NCBI GenBank assembly: GCA_038230375.1 | Contig: JBBRNJ010000012.1 | Span: 1-64,000 of the forward strand | Direction of reading: 5' to 3' | Source: Polyangiales bacterium | GTDB lineage: Bacteria; Myxococcota_A; Polyangia; Polyangiales; Polyangiaceae | Length of the DNA stretch: 64,000 nt | Notes under the pieces: generated by a model | The model's input: only the letters and a program-made list of their open reading frames with translations | Databases searched by the model: none | What the model was told of the DNA's origin: nothing | Shown: positions 35,505-49,304 of the stretch, piece by piece | How the letters are laid out: each line of letters opens with the position of its first letter | Position numbering within the stretch: position 1 is the first letter of the stretch | Made by a program: the position numbers and the translations under genes

Positions 35505-36644
35505 ATGAAGAGCAACGTCGTCTCCCTTGCGGACGTCGTCCGGAGGAAGCGGACGACACAGCGGAAGGACCCACGCGACTGGCGCTGGCAGATCCGCAAC
35601 GCGCTCACGCGCACGGAAGATCTCGAGCGTCACCTCTCGCTCACGCAGGACGAGCGGGACGGCGCGCGCCGTGCAGAGGAGCAGGGACTGCCGATCTCGA
35701 TCACGCCGTACTACCTGTCGCTCTGCGACCCGCACGATCCGACGTGTCCCGTGCGCATGCAGTGCGTGCCGCGGGCGGCTGAGTCCACGGTGGCCCGCGG
35801 CGACATGGAAGACCCCCTGGGTGAGGTCGCCCACGAGGTCGCGCCCGGCCTCGTGCAGCGCTATCCGGATCGCGTGCTGCTCCTGGCCACGGACCGGTGC
35901 GCCGTGTACTGCCGCTTCTGCACCCGGTCGCGGATGGTCGGCGACGGCGGCGGCGCCATCTCGAACGACAAGCTCGCGCTCGCCATCTCGTACCTGCGCG
36001 CGCATCCAGAGATCACCGACGTCATCATCAGCGGCGGTGACCCGCTCGCGATGGCTACGGACCGCCTGGTCCGCCTTGTCGCCACGGTGCGCGAGGTGCA
36101 GAGCGTCCAGACCATTCGTCTGGCAACGCGGGTCCCCGTGACGCTCCCCATGCGCATCACGCAGGAGCTGCTCCGCGCGCTTCGTCCATACCATCCGCTC
36201 TGGGTGATGACGCACTTCAATCACCCCAAGGAGCTGACACGCGCCGCCGCGCTCGCGTGCACTCGCCTCGCCGACGCGGGCTTCCCCGTGATGAACCAGA
36301 CGGTGCTCCTGCGCGGCATCAACGATGACCCCGACACGCTGTCCGCGCTCTTCCGCGCGCTCGTTCGCGTGCGCGTGCGCCCGTACTACCTCCTGCAGAT
36401 GGATCCGGTCGTGGGGACCTCGCACCTGCGGACGCCTCTGGCGCGCGGCGTCGAGATCATGGAGGCGCTTCAGGGTCGGCTGACGGGGATCGCACTCCCG
36501 AAGCTGATCTGCGACACGCCGGGCGGGCTCGGCAAGGTTCCGGTGGGCCCAGGCTACGTGGTTGCCCGCGACGACGCCGCTGGCGTCACCACCCTCCGGA
36601 CCTTTCGCGGCGCGCGTGTGGACTACGTGGATCCTTCCGCCTGA
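35505..36644 (+). CDS. KamA family radical SAM protein (lysine 2,3-aminomutase-like)
   Basis: [51 protein letters not shown]. Confidence 0.92.
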   Translation: MKSNVVSLADVVRRKRTTQRKDPRDWRWQIRNALTRTEDLERHLSLTQDERDGARRAEEQGLPISITPYYLSLCDPHDPTCPVRMQCVPRAAESTVARGDMEDPLGEVAHEVAPGLVQRYPDRVLLLATDRCAVYCRFCTRSRMVGDGGGAISNDKLALAISYLRAHPEITDVIISGGDPLAMATDRLVRLVATVREVQSVQTIRLATRVPVTLPMRITQELLRALRPYHPLWVMTHFNHPKELTRAAALACTRLADAGFPVMNQTVLLRGINDDPDTLSALFRALVRVRVRPYYLLQMDPVVGTSHLRTPLARGVEIMEALQGRLTGIALPKLICDTPGGLGKVPVGPGYVVARDDAAGVTTLRTFRGARVDYVDPSA

Positions 36645-36701
36645 CCGGCAGAAGTTTTTCGCGCACCGATCCGGGAGAAGATTCGGTACTGTGTGATCGC
36701 C

Positions 36702-38510
36702 ATGAGTGTATTTGGGGATGGTTCACGGCTCGGACGAAGCGTGTCCTGGGCTCTTGCCGCAGTTCTCTTCAGTGGGACTGCCTTCGCGCAGGTCGGCGTG
36801 GCAGACGCCAAGGCGCACCGCACAGCCGCCGAGGCCGCCGCAAAGGCGAAGGACTGGGCGAAGGCGCTCGAGGAGTTCCGCGCTGCAAATGCGCTCGAAA
36901 AGACCCCCGAGAGCATGGAGGGCATCGCCAACGCCGAGCACGAGCTCGGCCACGTGCCCCAGGCCTACGAGGCCTATGAGGACTTCCTGAACACGTACTC
37001 CGCGAAGCTGCCTGGCCCCAAGAAGGTGGCTGCGGAGAAGCGTCTGAAGGAGCTCGGCGAGAAGACGGGCGCGTTCGCCATCGACGTGAACGGGGCCGGC
37101 GCCGAGATTTTCCTGGATGACAAGAGCCTCGGCAAGAGCCCGCTCGCGAAGCCCGTGCGCGTGCTCTCCGGTCCCCACCGGGTGCGCGTCCACAAGGACG
37201 GATTCCTTCCGTGGGAGCAGGCTCCGAATGCTCCCGCGCAGGCGCAGACCGCCGTCGCCGTGAAGCTCGAGGTCGACGCACGGAAGGCCCGCCTCAACGT
37301 GCGCGAGCAATCCAACGCCCCGGTCCACGTCTACGTCGACGGCGTCGACATGGGCGTCGCGCCGTGGTCAGGCGATGTCGAGCCAGGCGAGCACGAGATC
37401 ATCGTGAAGAGCGCGACCATGCTCGCCACGCCGCAGAAGGTCACCGTCGCAAAGGGCGAGACGCGCGAGATCATCGCGGCGGCCTCCGCCACGAGCGCCT
37501 CGCTCAAGGTCTCCACGGCGGACGGCAAGGGCGTCATCTACATCGACGGCAAGGTCGTTGGCGAAGGCGTCTTCAGCGGTGAGATCCCCGCGGGACCGCA
37601 CAAGGTGATGGTCAAGCGTGACGGCTACGACCCGTTCGAGGAAGACATTGCGCTGAAGGAGAAGGAGAACGTCTCTCGCAGCGTGACGCTCCAGCTCGTG
37701 TCCACCGTGACCACCGGTCAGGTGAAGACGGACACGGACCGCCTCGAGGGCCTCTACGGCAGCCTCGGCCTCTCGGGCGTGCTCATGCCCTCTGGCAACG
37801 GCAACGACATCCAGAACGAGTGCGACAAAGGCACGGCTGGTGTCACGTGCGCTGGCTCCAGCGACGTCGGCGGCGCGCTGCACGGCTACGTTGGCTACCA
37901 CTGGGACCCCGTCGGCATGGAGCTCTTCATGCAGGCCATGTACGACCAGACCACACCCGTGATCCAGGTCGCGTCGTCGCCGGTCAATCTGAACGCGGAC
38001 CCCGCGCGCAAGGAAGAATATTCCTTCCGCCGCATCGGCGGCACCGCTGCGATTCGTGCGCGCCTCACGTGGCAGGCCAAGAAGATCCGGCTCGGCTTCG
38101 CGGCGGGCCCGGGCGCCTCTTATCGTCAGGTGCTCTTCCAGCGCGACGCGACGGCGACCGTCGGCAACGACACGTTCGGAGACAAGTACGTGGGCTCGGC
38201 CGGCTACTGGGCGCCCGCGCTCTCGCTCGACGCCCACGTCGGCTTCCGCGCCACGCGCGCCTTCGAGCTGCAGCTCGGCTTCCAGACCCTGTTCGAGAGC
38301 GCACGCGCCTTCGGAGAGAAGGTCGTGCTCGACGCCGACAACAGTCGCCAGCTCGTGAAGGGCGGCGCGTCGTCGCCAGTGCCGCTACCGGGCGGCGTCG
38401 TACCGTCAGTCCCGGGCCAGACGATCGCGATCAGCACCCCGTCGTACCAGCTGATCACCGGCACTCAGATCTTCACCGGACTCTACATCGGCGCCCAGTT
38501 CGGTCCCTGA
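36702..38510 (+). CDS. Exported TPR + multi-PEGA domain protein with probable C-terminal beta-barrel
   Basis: Signal peptide, TPR-like helices, three PEGA-like repeats (e.g. [20 protein letters not shown]), amphipathic beta strands ending LYIGAQFGP. Confidence 0.75.
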   Translation: MSVFGDGSRLGRSVSWALAAVLFSGTAFAQVGVADAKAHRTAAEAAAKAKDWAKALEEFRAANALEKTPESMEGIANAEHELGHVPQAYEAYEDFLNTYSAKLPGPKKVAAEKRLKELGEKTGAFAIDVNGAGAEIFLDDKSLGKSPLAKPVRVLSGPHRVRVHKDGFLPWEQAPNAPAQAQTAVAVKLEVDARKARLNVREQSNAPVHVYVDGVDMGVAPWSGDVEPGEHEIIVKSATMLATPQKVTVAKGETREIIAAASATSASLKVSTADGKGVIYIDGKVVGEGVFSGEIPAGPHKVMVKRDGYDPFEEDIALKEKENVSRSVTLQLVSTVTTGQVKTDTDRLEGLYGSLGLSGVLMPSGNGNDIQNECDKGTAGVTCAGSSDVGGALHGYVGYHWDPVGMELFMQAMYDQTTPVIQVASSPVNLNADPARKEEYSFRRIGGTAAIRARLTWQAKKIRLGFAAGPGASYRQVLFQRDATATVGNDTFGDKYVGSAGYWAPALSLDAHVGFRATRAFELQLGFQTLFESARAFGEKVVLDADNSRQLVKGGASSPVPLPGGVVPSVPGQTIAISTPSYQLITGTQIFTGLYIGAQFGP

Positions 38511-38561
38511 GCGTCGATCTTGGGGTCGAAGTCGATATCGATGTTTGTCCGTTGCCGCTGA

Positions 38562-40934
38562 CTACTTCAACGTGAAGCCACACTGGCTCATGAGCGCCGC
38601 TGGCAGCGTTGATGAGCCCAGCATGGCGCAGATGTTCTGAGGCGCAGAAACCGTCTGCTTGAGGACGCCGTCCTGCAAGCACTGGCACGTGTCCATCGCG
38701 CCAGCCTCGTCGGGGCCACACGTGAGTTGCAGCTTGCCGTTGACTGGGCACTGCTCCGAGAGATCGCAGCTGGTGCCAATGTTGAAGGTCGGCGCGAATG
38801 CGCATGGGTTGTTCATACCGGGGCCTCCAGCATCGATGCCGGTGCCGCCAGTCCCGCTGTCCCCGCCGCTTGAGCCGCCGTCGCCTGTTGACGTGCCGCT
38901 GCTTGCCTTCACCACGCAGGCGCCGCCCGAGAGCGCGAAGATCGGGACCACCGACGGGAATTTCGGCGAGCCCGGCGTTGCCGCGGAGGCCAGGACCGCG
39001 GCGGCCTGCAGCGCGTTCTGGTAGGCGTCACAGGAGTTCTTGCAGAGGACGACGTTGCCCTTCGCGTCCTGGACCCAGCCGTCGCCTCCAGCGTGACATG
39101 CCGTAGCGTCCTTCCCCGCGGCGTTCTTGATCACCGTGGTGTTGCCCAAGAACGTCGGGTCCGAGAACCAGAGCTCCGAGGTCGGGCCGAAGGTGTCGGG
39201 CGTGCTCTTCGGCGCCGTATACGTGCAGGTAGCCGACGCCGTGAACGCGCGAATGATCGCGGTCTGAGCAGCGGTGGAGTTGACCGAGGCGTTGTAGCAA
39301 CTACCACCGGTCGAAGCGACGGCGCTCGCGAACGCCTTGGAGGGCACGGTGTTGGTGTTGCACGGATCCTCCGCGCCACTGCCGATCTCCACGACCGTGG
39401 TGGGGATGTCCTTGTGTGCAGTGATGATGTCCGAGGGCACCTTCTGCGCGCCGCCCATCTGCGGGTCAACGCACCCCGGGGTGGGGATGAAGCCCTTGTT
39501 CGCGATCATGATGACCGTCTTGTTCACGACGCCAGGCGCGCCGATGATCTCGGCATACGCGGTCTCGAGCCCGGCGACCTGATTCTGCACCGTCCAGGTG
39601 TTATCGAACGCGTAGTCCGCAGGGTTCACCGACAACGACGCGACCGGCGTCAGACCCTTGTCCGGCAGCATGGGGGAGAGCGTGGACGGGCACGTCCCGC
39701 TGCTCGCGACCGGCATGAAGTGGAAGCCGACCTTCAGGTTCGCGAACGCCGGATCGTTCTTCTTTGCGAGCAGGCTGGCAGCCGCCGCCAGGAAGTCCGT
39801 CGCGCTCTTCGTGGGGTCGATGACGAACTCGACGGCGGACGCGACCGGGCTGAGCGCCGCGGAGCTACAGGTCCCGCTCTGCGGGTTCGAGACGGTGCCG
39901 TCGGGATTGGCGCCCATCAACTTCAGCTGGTCTGCCGCGCAGATCGACTGCGATGCGAGCTTGGGCCGACACACCGGGTTCACGGTGACTGACGTGATGC
40001 GGTGCGGGCTGCCCAGCGTACCGTGCACGAGATCGCAGAGGCCGGGCGCGAGCTGGAAGATCTGCGGCTTCGTGGCGTCCGGGACGAAGAACCCTTCGTC
40101 CTTGTCGAGATCCAGGATCTCGTTGCCAAGGCCGCTGTCGAATGCAACGCGCACGTTCAGGCCATCCGCGGGAAGCGTGAGGCCGCCCGGCACCTGGGGC
40201 AGGGAAGCGCCCGGAGGCGCGCCGATGGCGCCGGGCAACGCATAGATGCACTGCGCGTCGTCCACGGTGAGCGGCGGCACGTTCACCTGATCGCTGAAGC
40301 AACTGTCCAGTGCGAAGCAGGTCCCGTCGCCGCCGTAGAGCAGGTTGTCGTTGTATTCGGTGAGGGCGGTGACCTGGGTGTTCGAGTCCACGCAGCGCCC
40401 GGCCTTGCAGGTCTTCTCGCTGATCGAATTCCCGCATTCCACGTCGAAGCAGGAGAACTTGAGCGGCATCGGTACGAACAGGATCTGGTTCGGCGAGTAC
40501 GGCTGACGCGACACACGGAGCACGCGCGCACCGCCGCCCGAGTTGAGCGAGCCGCCGACCGACGCGGGGATCGCGCAGCCGTAGCCAGGGCTCTGGGCGA
40601 TCTGTCCGGCGGGCGTCGCGGGGTCGTCGGAGTCTGCCGCCGTGAAGCCCGTGACCGAGATGATGACCGGCGTGCCGGCGGCGCTACGCGGGAGTGCGCC
40701 CAGCGACCGCGGCAGCTGCACCTTGTTGTCGTACACGAGGTAGTTCTTGCAGAAGGTCACTGTGCCTTCGACCGACACGCTCACCTGCACGGTCTTCAGG
40801 TCTCGCGGCACCTGGACCTGCGTGGAGATGCCAGCGACGAGCTCCGTCTGCTTCTGCGACTCACACCCCATCCAACCCAGCGCAGCGGTGGTGACGAGAG
40901 CGAGCGAGCAAAGAGCCGAGCGACGGTTCAGCAT
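38562..40934 (-). CDS. Large Cys-rich lipoprotein with vWA-like region
   Basis: WMGC lipobox, many paired cysteines, VEFVIDPTKS (degenerate MIDAS-like strand), GW...VVLCKNSC. Confidence 0.65.
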   Translation of the reverse strand: MLNRRSALCSLALVTTAALGWMGCESQKQTELVAGISTQVQVPRDLKTVQVSVSVEGTVTFCKNYLVYDNKVQLPRSLGALPRSAAGTPVIISVTGFTAADSDDPATPAGQIAQSPGYGCAIPASVGGSLNSGGGARVLRVSRQPYSPNQILFVPMPLKFSCFDVECGNSISEKTCKAGRCVDSNTQVTALTEYNDNLLYGGDGTCFALDSCFSDQVNVPPLTVDDAQCIYALPGAIGAPPGASLPQVPGGLTLPADGLNVRVAFDSGLGNEILDLDKDEGFFVPDATKPQIFQLAPGLCDLVHGTLGSPHRITSVTVNPVCRPKLASQSICAADQLKLMGANPDGTVSNPQSGTCSSAALSPVASAVEFVIDPTKSATDFLAAAASLLAKKNDPAFANLKVGFHFMPVASSGTCPSTLSPMLPDKGLTPVASLSVNPADYAFDNTWTVQNQVAGLETAYAEIIGAPGVVNKTVIMIANKGFIPTPGCVDPQMGGAQKVPSDIITAHKDIPTTVVEIGSGAEDPCNTNTVPSKAFASAVASTGGSCYNASVNSTAAQTAIIRAFTASATCTYTAPKSTPDTFGPTSELWFSDPTFLGNTTVIKNAAGKDATACHAGGDGWVQDAKGNVVLCKNSCDAYQNALQAAAVLASAATPGSPKFPSVVPIFALSGGACVVKASSGTSTGDGGSSGGDSGTGGTGIDAGGPGMNNPCAFAPTFNIGTSCDLSEQCPVNGKLQLTCGPDEAGAMDTCQCLQDGVLKQTVSAPQNICAMLGSSTLPAALMSQCGFTLK

Positions 40935-40991
40935 GGTGTCTCCTTCAAAACAAAGCTCACGACAAGAAGAGTGACGTCAGAGGCAAGCAGA

Positions 40992-42197
40992 TCAGTGGAA
41001 GTGGTACGCAGCGGGCGTCTGAACGGTGAAGGGCGGCAGCGTGCCCCTGACGGGCTCCTGGTCCTTCGGTGCGAAGATGAAGGCGGCAGCGATGGTGCCA
41101 CCGCCAACGACGAGGATGGTGCCGATGAGCCACGGGACGAAGCTGGGGTGGCGGTCCTCGTTGAGCTCCACGGTGACCGGCTTCTCTTGCCCCGGCTTCA
41201 CCTCGATGTCGTGCGTCCACGTGTAGAAGCCTTCCTTCTTCACCGTGACCTGGTGCGTGCTCTGCGTCCCGACGGGACCTTCCCAGACGTCCGCACCCAC
41301 GAACTTCCCGTCGAGCTCGATGACGGCTCCAGACGGCTGCGCGCGGATCTTGAGCCTGCCCTGCGCGATCTCCCGCGACAGTGCAAGTGTGAGCGAGGTG
41401 GGCTCGCCCTCCTTCAGCGTCACCGGCTGGGACACCGTCACGAAGCCTGGTGCCTCCGCCGTGATGACATGCGGATCGTTCGTGAGGCTGAGGCGCCCCT
41501 TGTACGGGGACGTGCCGACCTCTTTGCCGTCCACCTTGATGATCGCGCTCGGCGCGCCCTGCACGGTCACCTCGATCATGGCGGTCTTCACGATCGGCTC
41601 GAGCTTGATCGCCAGCTTTGCGGGCGTCTTTCCGAGCACGGTGATGTTCTCCGCGGCCTGCCCGAACCCGGGCTTCTGCACCACGATCTTGCGTCGGCCG
41701 ATGTTCACGTCCACGGGCTTCTGCAGCGGCGATTTGCCCACGGTCTCGTCGTCGACGACGATTGTTGCGTCGGCCTCGTTGACCTCCACCATGAGCGTGG
41801 AGACGAAGTCGCTGAGGCCGGAGATGTTGTCGCGAAGACGCGTCTCGTCCTCGGGGGTGAGCTTGCCGCCACCCTCTGCGAGCTCACGCTTGAAGATCTC
41901 GATCGCCTTCGTGTAGTGGCTGAGCGCCTTCTCGCAGGCGCCGACGTTGAAGAGCGTACGTGGGTTCTTCGACAGGTCGTAGGCGCGCTGGAACTCAGCC
42001 CCGGCCGAATCCCACCGCTGCCGCGCAAACAGGTCGAGGCCGCGATCCCAGGAGTCGCGTGCGTCGCCGGTGAGCTCGTCGTGGATGGACGTAGGCTTCT
42101 TGGGCGGCGCAGCGAACGCGACGACCGGCGTCAACATCGGCAGCACGAGCGACGCGGTCACGACCACGGTCATGGGGAACTTGAGTAGAGATCGCAT
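40992..42197 (-). CDS. TPR + PEGA domain protein
   Basis: Signal peptide, EFQRAYDL...LFNVGAC, three PEGA repeats, C-terminal TM helix. Confidence 0.8.
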   Translation of the reverse strand: MRSLLKFPMTVVVTASLVLPMLTPVVAFAAPPKKPTSIHDELTGDARDSWDRGLDLFARQRWDSAGAEFQRAYDLSKNPRTLFNVGACEKALSHYTKAIEIFKRELAEGGGKLTPEDETRLRDNISGLSDFVSTLMVEVNEADATIVVDDETVGKSPLQKPVDVNIGRRKIVVQKPGFGQAAENITVLGKTPAKLAIKLEPIVKTAMIEVTVQGAPSAIIKVDGKEVGTSPYKGRLSLTNDPHVITAEAPGFVTVSQPVTLKEGEPTSLTLALSREIAQGRLKIRAQPSGAVIELDGKFVGADVWEGPVGTQSTHQVTVKKEGFYTWTHDIEVKPGQEKPVTVELNEDRHPSFVPWLIGTILVVGGGTIAAAFIFAPKDQEPVRGTLPPFTVQTPAAYHFH

Positions 42198-42285
42198 GTC
42201 TTCTTGTTCTCGGTGTCTGCCCTCAGGCAGCCTGGGCTCCGCGTGAGGCTTTTGCCTCCTGGGAGCGACATTTTCACTTCAGCGG

Positions 42286-43929
42286 TCAGCGCGGAACCTC
42301 GTTCTCGAGGATGCTGGGATGGGCCGTGTTCGGAGTGGTGTTGCCCGGCTTGACGGACCCGCCGGGGGCAACATTCTGACCCGGGTTCTGCGGCGGCTTC
42401 GCGACGCTGACGGCGGCGGTCGCAGCGGAACCGGCGTCCTTCACGACCACGCTGTTGTTCTCCGGCACGGCGACACTGGGTGTGCCGGTCGGTATCACGC
42501 TTGCGGACGGGAGCGGCAACGTGGAGGTCATCACGAGGCCAGTCGCGTTGCCTGTGTTGCTGGGGTCGGGCCTGGCGTGATCGCCAGTCAGTGCCTTCAG
42601 GCCGAAGACGCCACCCACGACCACGACGAGCGCGATCGGGACCAGCGCGTAGATCAGCGGCGAGCGCCTTGGTGTGTGGACCTGCAGCTCGGGCTCGTTG
42701 GTGTCACGAACGACCGCCAGGTTCGTCCGCACGCCAGCCTGCTCGGGGGGAGAATCTTGCGGTGACTGCTGTACACCCGGTGGCCGTGACAGCTGCTGCT
42801 GCATGACATGCGTGGCCTTCGGTACGTTTTCTCCGAGGCCCGGGTAGCTCGCCTGGGTCTTCGCCGTGGCCTCGGTGGGCGTGGCCTGCGTGTCACTCGC
42901 CGCCGGTGTTGCGACGTAAGGCTTCGTGTGCTGGCCGAGCGCAGAGAACGCGAACGTGCTGGAAGGCCCATTTTCAGGCCTCGGAACGATCGAGGAGCGG
43001 CTCTCGGGCTGGTAGTGCTTGATGCGGTCCAGCACCGGAAGCGTGCGCGCCGATGCGAACGGAACGAGCGCCTCCGCAAGCTCACCGACGCTCTGGTAGC
43101 GATCCGCGACCTCGCGTGCGAGCGCCTTGTGCACCACCACGGCGAGCTCGGGCGAGATGTCCTCGCGCGCCTCCTGGATGGGCGGCACGTCCGCGGTGAA
43201 CAGCTTGAAGAGGATCTCGGTGAACTCGCCCGTGTCCGACGTGAATGGCGTGTGGCCGGTGAGCAGCTCGTAGAAGATGACGCCCACGGAGTAGATGTCG
43301 CTCCGTGCGTCGACGTCACGCGGGCTGCGCGCCTGCTCCGGCGACATGTACAGCGGCGTGCCGAGCGCGGAGTTCGTCTGCGTCAGCGATGCGCTTCCTT
43401 GCGATGCGACCTTGCTGATCCCGAAGTCCAGGATCTTCACGAAATCCGCCTGTCCTTCGTGCCGGATGACGAAGCAGTTCGAAGGCTTCATGTCGCGATG
43501 GATGATGCCGAGCGCGTGGGCGACCTGCAGCCCACGGAGGATCTGCGACATGAAATGAATGACGCGCTCGATCTCCAGACCGGGCTTGCCCTCCTGGGTC
43601 AGGAGCTCCGACAGGTCCCGACCGTCGAGGCAATCCATGACGAGGTAGGGAGCGCCCGACGGCAGCTTGCCCACGTCGCTCACCTGCACCACATGCTCGC
43701 TCTTGATCGCCTTGGAGGCGACGCCTTCGTTCAGGAATCGCTCGACCGCGCCCGGAAAGGACACGTACTGCGGGTTCATGAACTTGAGCGCGACGGGAGC
43801 GCGCAGCAGCAAGTGGATGGCCTTGGCGACCGCGCCCATGCCGCCCTCACCGAGCATGCGCTCGATCTGGTACTTGCCGTCGATGATCTCGCCGGTGGTG
43901 GGGTAGCCGCTGGGTGGTTGACCGGACAT
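42286..43929 (-). CDS. Membrane Ser/Thr protein kinase (Hanks type)
   Basis: LGEGGMGAV, VALK, IHRDMKPSN, LDFG, YMSPEQ; TM helix and Pro/Ser-rich tail. Confidence 0.95.
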   Translation of the reverse strand: MSGQPPSGYPTTGEIIDGKYQIERMLGEGGMGAVAKAIHLLLRAPVALKFMNPQYVSFPGAVERFLNEGVASKAIKSEHVVQVSDVGKLPSGAPYLVMDCLDGRDLSELLTQEGKPGLEIERVIHFMSQILRGLQVAHALGIIHRDMKPSNCFVIRHEGQADFVKILDFGISKVASQGSASLTQTNSALGTPLYMSPEQARSPRDVDARSDIYSVGVIFYELLTGHTPFTSDTGEFTEILFKLFTADVPPIQEAREDISPELAVVVHKALAREVADRYQSVGELAEALVPFASARTLPVLDRIKHYQPESRSSIVPRPENGPSSTFAFSALGQHTKPYVATPAASDTQATPTEATAKTQASYPGLGENVPKATHVMQQQLSRPPGVQQSPQDSPPEQAGVRTNLAVVRDTNEPELQVHTPRRSPLIYALVPIALVVVVGGVFGLKALTGDHARPDPSNTGNATGLVMTSTLPLPSASVIPTGTPSVAVPENNSVVVKDAGSAATAAVSVAKPPQNPGQNVAPGGSVKPGNTTPNTAHPSILENEVPR

Positions 43930-44052
43930 AGTCGTAACCTTCTCAGAATAGATGGGGTCGCGTCACAACGCTAGACACACAAACGGGGTACAAGGTGGGC
44001 GAGGTGGGCGCACCCTTGGGAGCGGGCCGCGACTGGGGTATAGAGGCTCGCC

Positions 44053-45630
<1,578 letters not shown>

Positions 45631-45727
45631 ATCTGCGCGCGAAAACTTGGCCCTCGGGGCGCGTGTCCCTTATCCCCGATGACAACGACGCTCGCATGTG
45701 CGCGGGCGCTTTGTCGGAGGAGTCGTC

Positions 45728-47377
45728 ATGGGCACTGAGAGCGATCGTCGCGGGGGCAACGCGACACGAATTCCGTTCGATGCGATGGTCGAGGTGGGCG
45801 GGGCGCTGGGTCCCTCGTTCGAGGCCAAGGCGATCAACCTTTCGCCTGACGGTATGCAGCTCAAGACGGCATACCTCCCCGAGGTGGGGCAGCCCGTCAG
45901 CTGCAGCTTCGAGGCGCCAGAGCTCGGCATGGTCCTGGTGTCCGGCGTGGTCATCTGGCAGGACAAGCACGGCGACGGAGGCGAGTTCGGGATCCGGTTC
46001 ACGAACATCGACCCCGAGAGCGCCGCGCACCTGAAGAGGCTCATCGCGCAGGCTGTAGGCGATACCGCGAGGGCGGGCTCCCGCGTGCGCCTCCACATCG
46101 AAGGCCTGGCGTCGCCGATGCGCGGCCGTGTCCGCGATGCGGATGGCAATGGCGTCACCGCATGCAGCGACCTCAACTTCCTTCAGCTGGGCAAGCCCCT
46201 TGACCTGGAGGACGCAGCCTCCGGCGCGCGTCGTCCGGCGCACATCGGGAGCGTGGAGCTGGAGATCGATCCCGCGTCGCAGGTTCCGCAGCTGATCGTC
46301 AGCATGCGCTACACGGACGCCGCTCCCTCCGAGGACGTGGCGGTCGCGACGGACGACGTATCGGGCAACGCGGGCCCCAGGTCCGACTCTCCCGAGACCG
46401 TGCAGGAGCCCGCGCAGGCGGCGTTCCGCGGCGGCGAAGAGGAGATCGAAGAAGAGTCGAACAAGATGAAGAGCGCCTGGGCGAAGAAGGCGCAGAACGT
46501 GGGCCCCATGCTCAACACGTGGGCCAAGAGCACGAAAGAAAAGCTCACCATGATGTTGAAGAAGCGTGGTGAGGGAAAGAAGGACGACGTCGCGATCCCG
46601 CTTCGTCGCACCACCTCTCCCCCTCCGGCCGGCGCGCTCCACTCGAGCGGTCGCAAGGTGATCCGCGGCGACGTCGAGGAAGAGTCCTACGGGATCGAGA
46701 AGAAGCCGTTCAAGTTCACGAAGCGTCATGCCGCTGTCGCCGGCGCCGTGGGCATCGCATCGATCCTGGCGATCGTCGCGTTCCGCAAGCCGGTGGAGAA
46801 GCCGCTGGTCGGCGCGCCCACCGAAACGTCCGGGCAGGGGACGACTGCGGAGAACACGCCCCCGCAGATCCCGCCGCCGCCTGGCGCAGTCCAGCCTGGG
46901 TCCACGGGCGCACCGGGCGCGCTCCCCATCGCGAACAACAACGACATGAACATCGCGCCCGAGGACGACAAGTCCATGAAGGGCAAGAAGTACAAGGTCG
47001 CTCCGTTCATGAACGGCGCTGTCTCGCACGGCAACGTCCTTCGCCTGAAGATGGACGGCGCAATCGAGAAGATCCAGGGCGCACCGCAGCCGACCGGCTT
47101 CACCGTGGTCATCCCGAACCGCAAGTCCGAGGAGGCCGCAGCGCCGCTCGCCGCGCGTGACGGTCGCATCGCGGGCATCAACGTCGCGAACAACCCGAGC
47201 GGCGCCGAGCTCACCATCAGCTTCAAGGACGGCGTGCCGAACTACATGGTCCGCGCGAAGGGGAACTACCTGGAGATCGTGCTCGCGCAGGGAAATGCGC
47301 AGGCTTCGAACGACAAGGACGGCGACTCGCCGAAGCCCACCGCGAAGAAGAGTCACCCGAAGCACAAGAAGCACTGA
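45728..47377 (+). CDS. PilZ-domain single-pass membrane protein with AMIN-like periplasmic domain
   Basis: RR.....R and NLSPDG (PilZ), GIRF, TM helix, Pro linker, C-terminal beta domain. Confidence 0.7.
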   Translation: MGTESDRRGGNATRIPFDAMVEVGGALGPSFEAKAINLSPDGMQLKTAYLPEVGQPVSCSFEAPELGMVLVSGVVIWQDKHGDGGEFGIRFTNIDPESAAHLKRLIAQAVGDTARAGSRVRLHIEGLASPMRGRVRDADGNGVTACSDLNFLQLGKPLDLEDAASGARRPAHIGSVELEIDPASQVPQLIVSMRYTDAAPSEDVAVATDDVSGNAGPRSDSPETVQEPAQAAFRGGEEEIEEESNKMKSAWAKKAQNVGPMLNTWAKSTKEKLTMMLKKRGEGKKDDVAIPLRRTTSPPPAGALHSSGRKVIRGDVEEESYGIEKKPFKFTKRHAAVAGAVGIASILAIVAFRKPVEKPLVGAPTETSGQGTTAENTPPQIPPPPGAVQPGSTGAPGALPIANNNDMNIAPEDDKSMKGKKYKVAPFMNGAVSHGNVLRLKMDGAIEKIQGAPQPTGFTVVIPNRKSEEAAAPLAARDGRIAGINVANNPSGAELTISFKDGVPNYMVRAKGNYLEIVLAQGNAQASNDKDGDSPKPTAKKSHPKHKKH

Positions 47378-47390
47378 GCACGCAGGCGTC

Positions 47391-47729
47391 TTGAACGAGC
47401 TGCTCGTTCGATGGGTGGTGGCGTTCGCCTTCACCGAGATCATCGAGGTCCCGATCTACCGGCGCATGCTGGGGAGCGGGTTTCTCGAGGCGCTCGGGGC
47501 GAGTGCCGTCACCCATCCGCTTTTGTGGTTCGTGTTCGTGCCGGCCGTGCGGCAGCACCTGTCTTACATGCAGTATGCAGCCATCGGCGAAACACTGGTG
47601 GTGCTCGTCGAAGTCCTCTGGTTCCGCGTGCTCTTCAAGCGGAAGGGCGCATTCCTGGGAAGCCTGGCCGCGAACGGCGCAAGCTACGGGCTTGGTCTGG
47701 TGGCGCATGCGCTCTTCGGCTGGCCGTAA
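47391..47729 (+). CDS. Small integral membrane protein, hypothetical
   Basis: TTG start. FTEIIEVP, THPLLW, ETLVVLVE, SLAANGASY; four TM helices. Confidence 0.7.
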   Translation: MNELLVRWVVAFAFTEIIEVPIYRRMLGSGFLEALGASAVTHPLLWFVFVPAVRQHLSYMQYAAIGETLVVLVEVLWFRVLFKRKGAFLGSLAANGASYGLGLVAHALFGWP

Positions 47730-47733
47730 CCTG

Positions 47734-48776
<1,043 letters not shown>

Positions 48777-48789
<13 letters not shown>

Positions 48790-49304
48790 GGCTGATCGCC
48801 TTTGGTCAGCGCAAACACGCCGAAGAGGCGTGACGCGGGCTCCGTACCTGCGTCGCCATCCATGGGAGCGCTGCGAAACATTCGCACCTCGATGTCGGAA
48901 GACTGAAGAAGCGAGACGACGACCGTGGCGTCCGACTTGTCGTTTCCATCTCCGGTCGGGCGCGCGACATACACGAAGTTCTTCACACGTCCTTCGCCAA
49001 AGTTGAGCGTGGAGAGTGGATCGTGAAAGAGCTCCGGTATGGGGCGCAGCGGCTCGGACCTGAAGCGCCCGTCGGACGTGGAGATGACGCCGGGGCTGTC
49101 CTGGAGGTGATCCGTATCGAGCGTCAGGCAGACCTTCGTGTCGCCCGGAAACCCGCTACGGACGAACGCGCCGGTGGCGATCGCGCCCTGGTACGTGCCG
49201 CCGCCAGACGTGGAGAAGCGCGACAGATCCCTGCAGCCCATCACACCCACCGCTGCCGTCACGAGCAACGCGCACGTCAGTGAAGAAGTGACCGCAGACC
49301 TCAT
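48777..49304 (-). CDS. Putative lipoprotein, hypothetical
   Basis: MRSAVTSS...VMGC lipobox; start overlaps the upstream stop. Confidence 0.7.
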
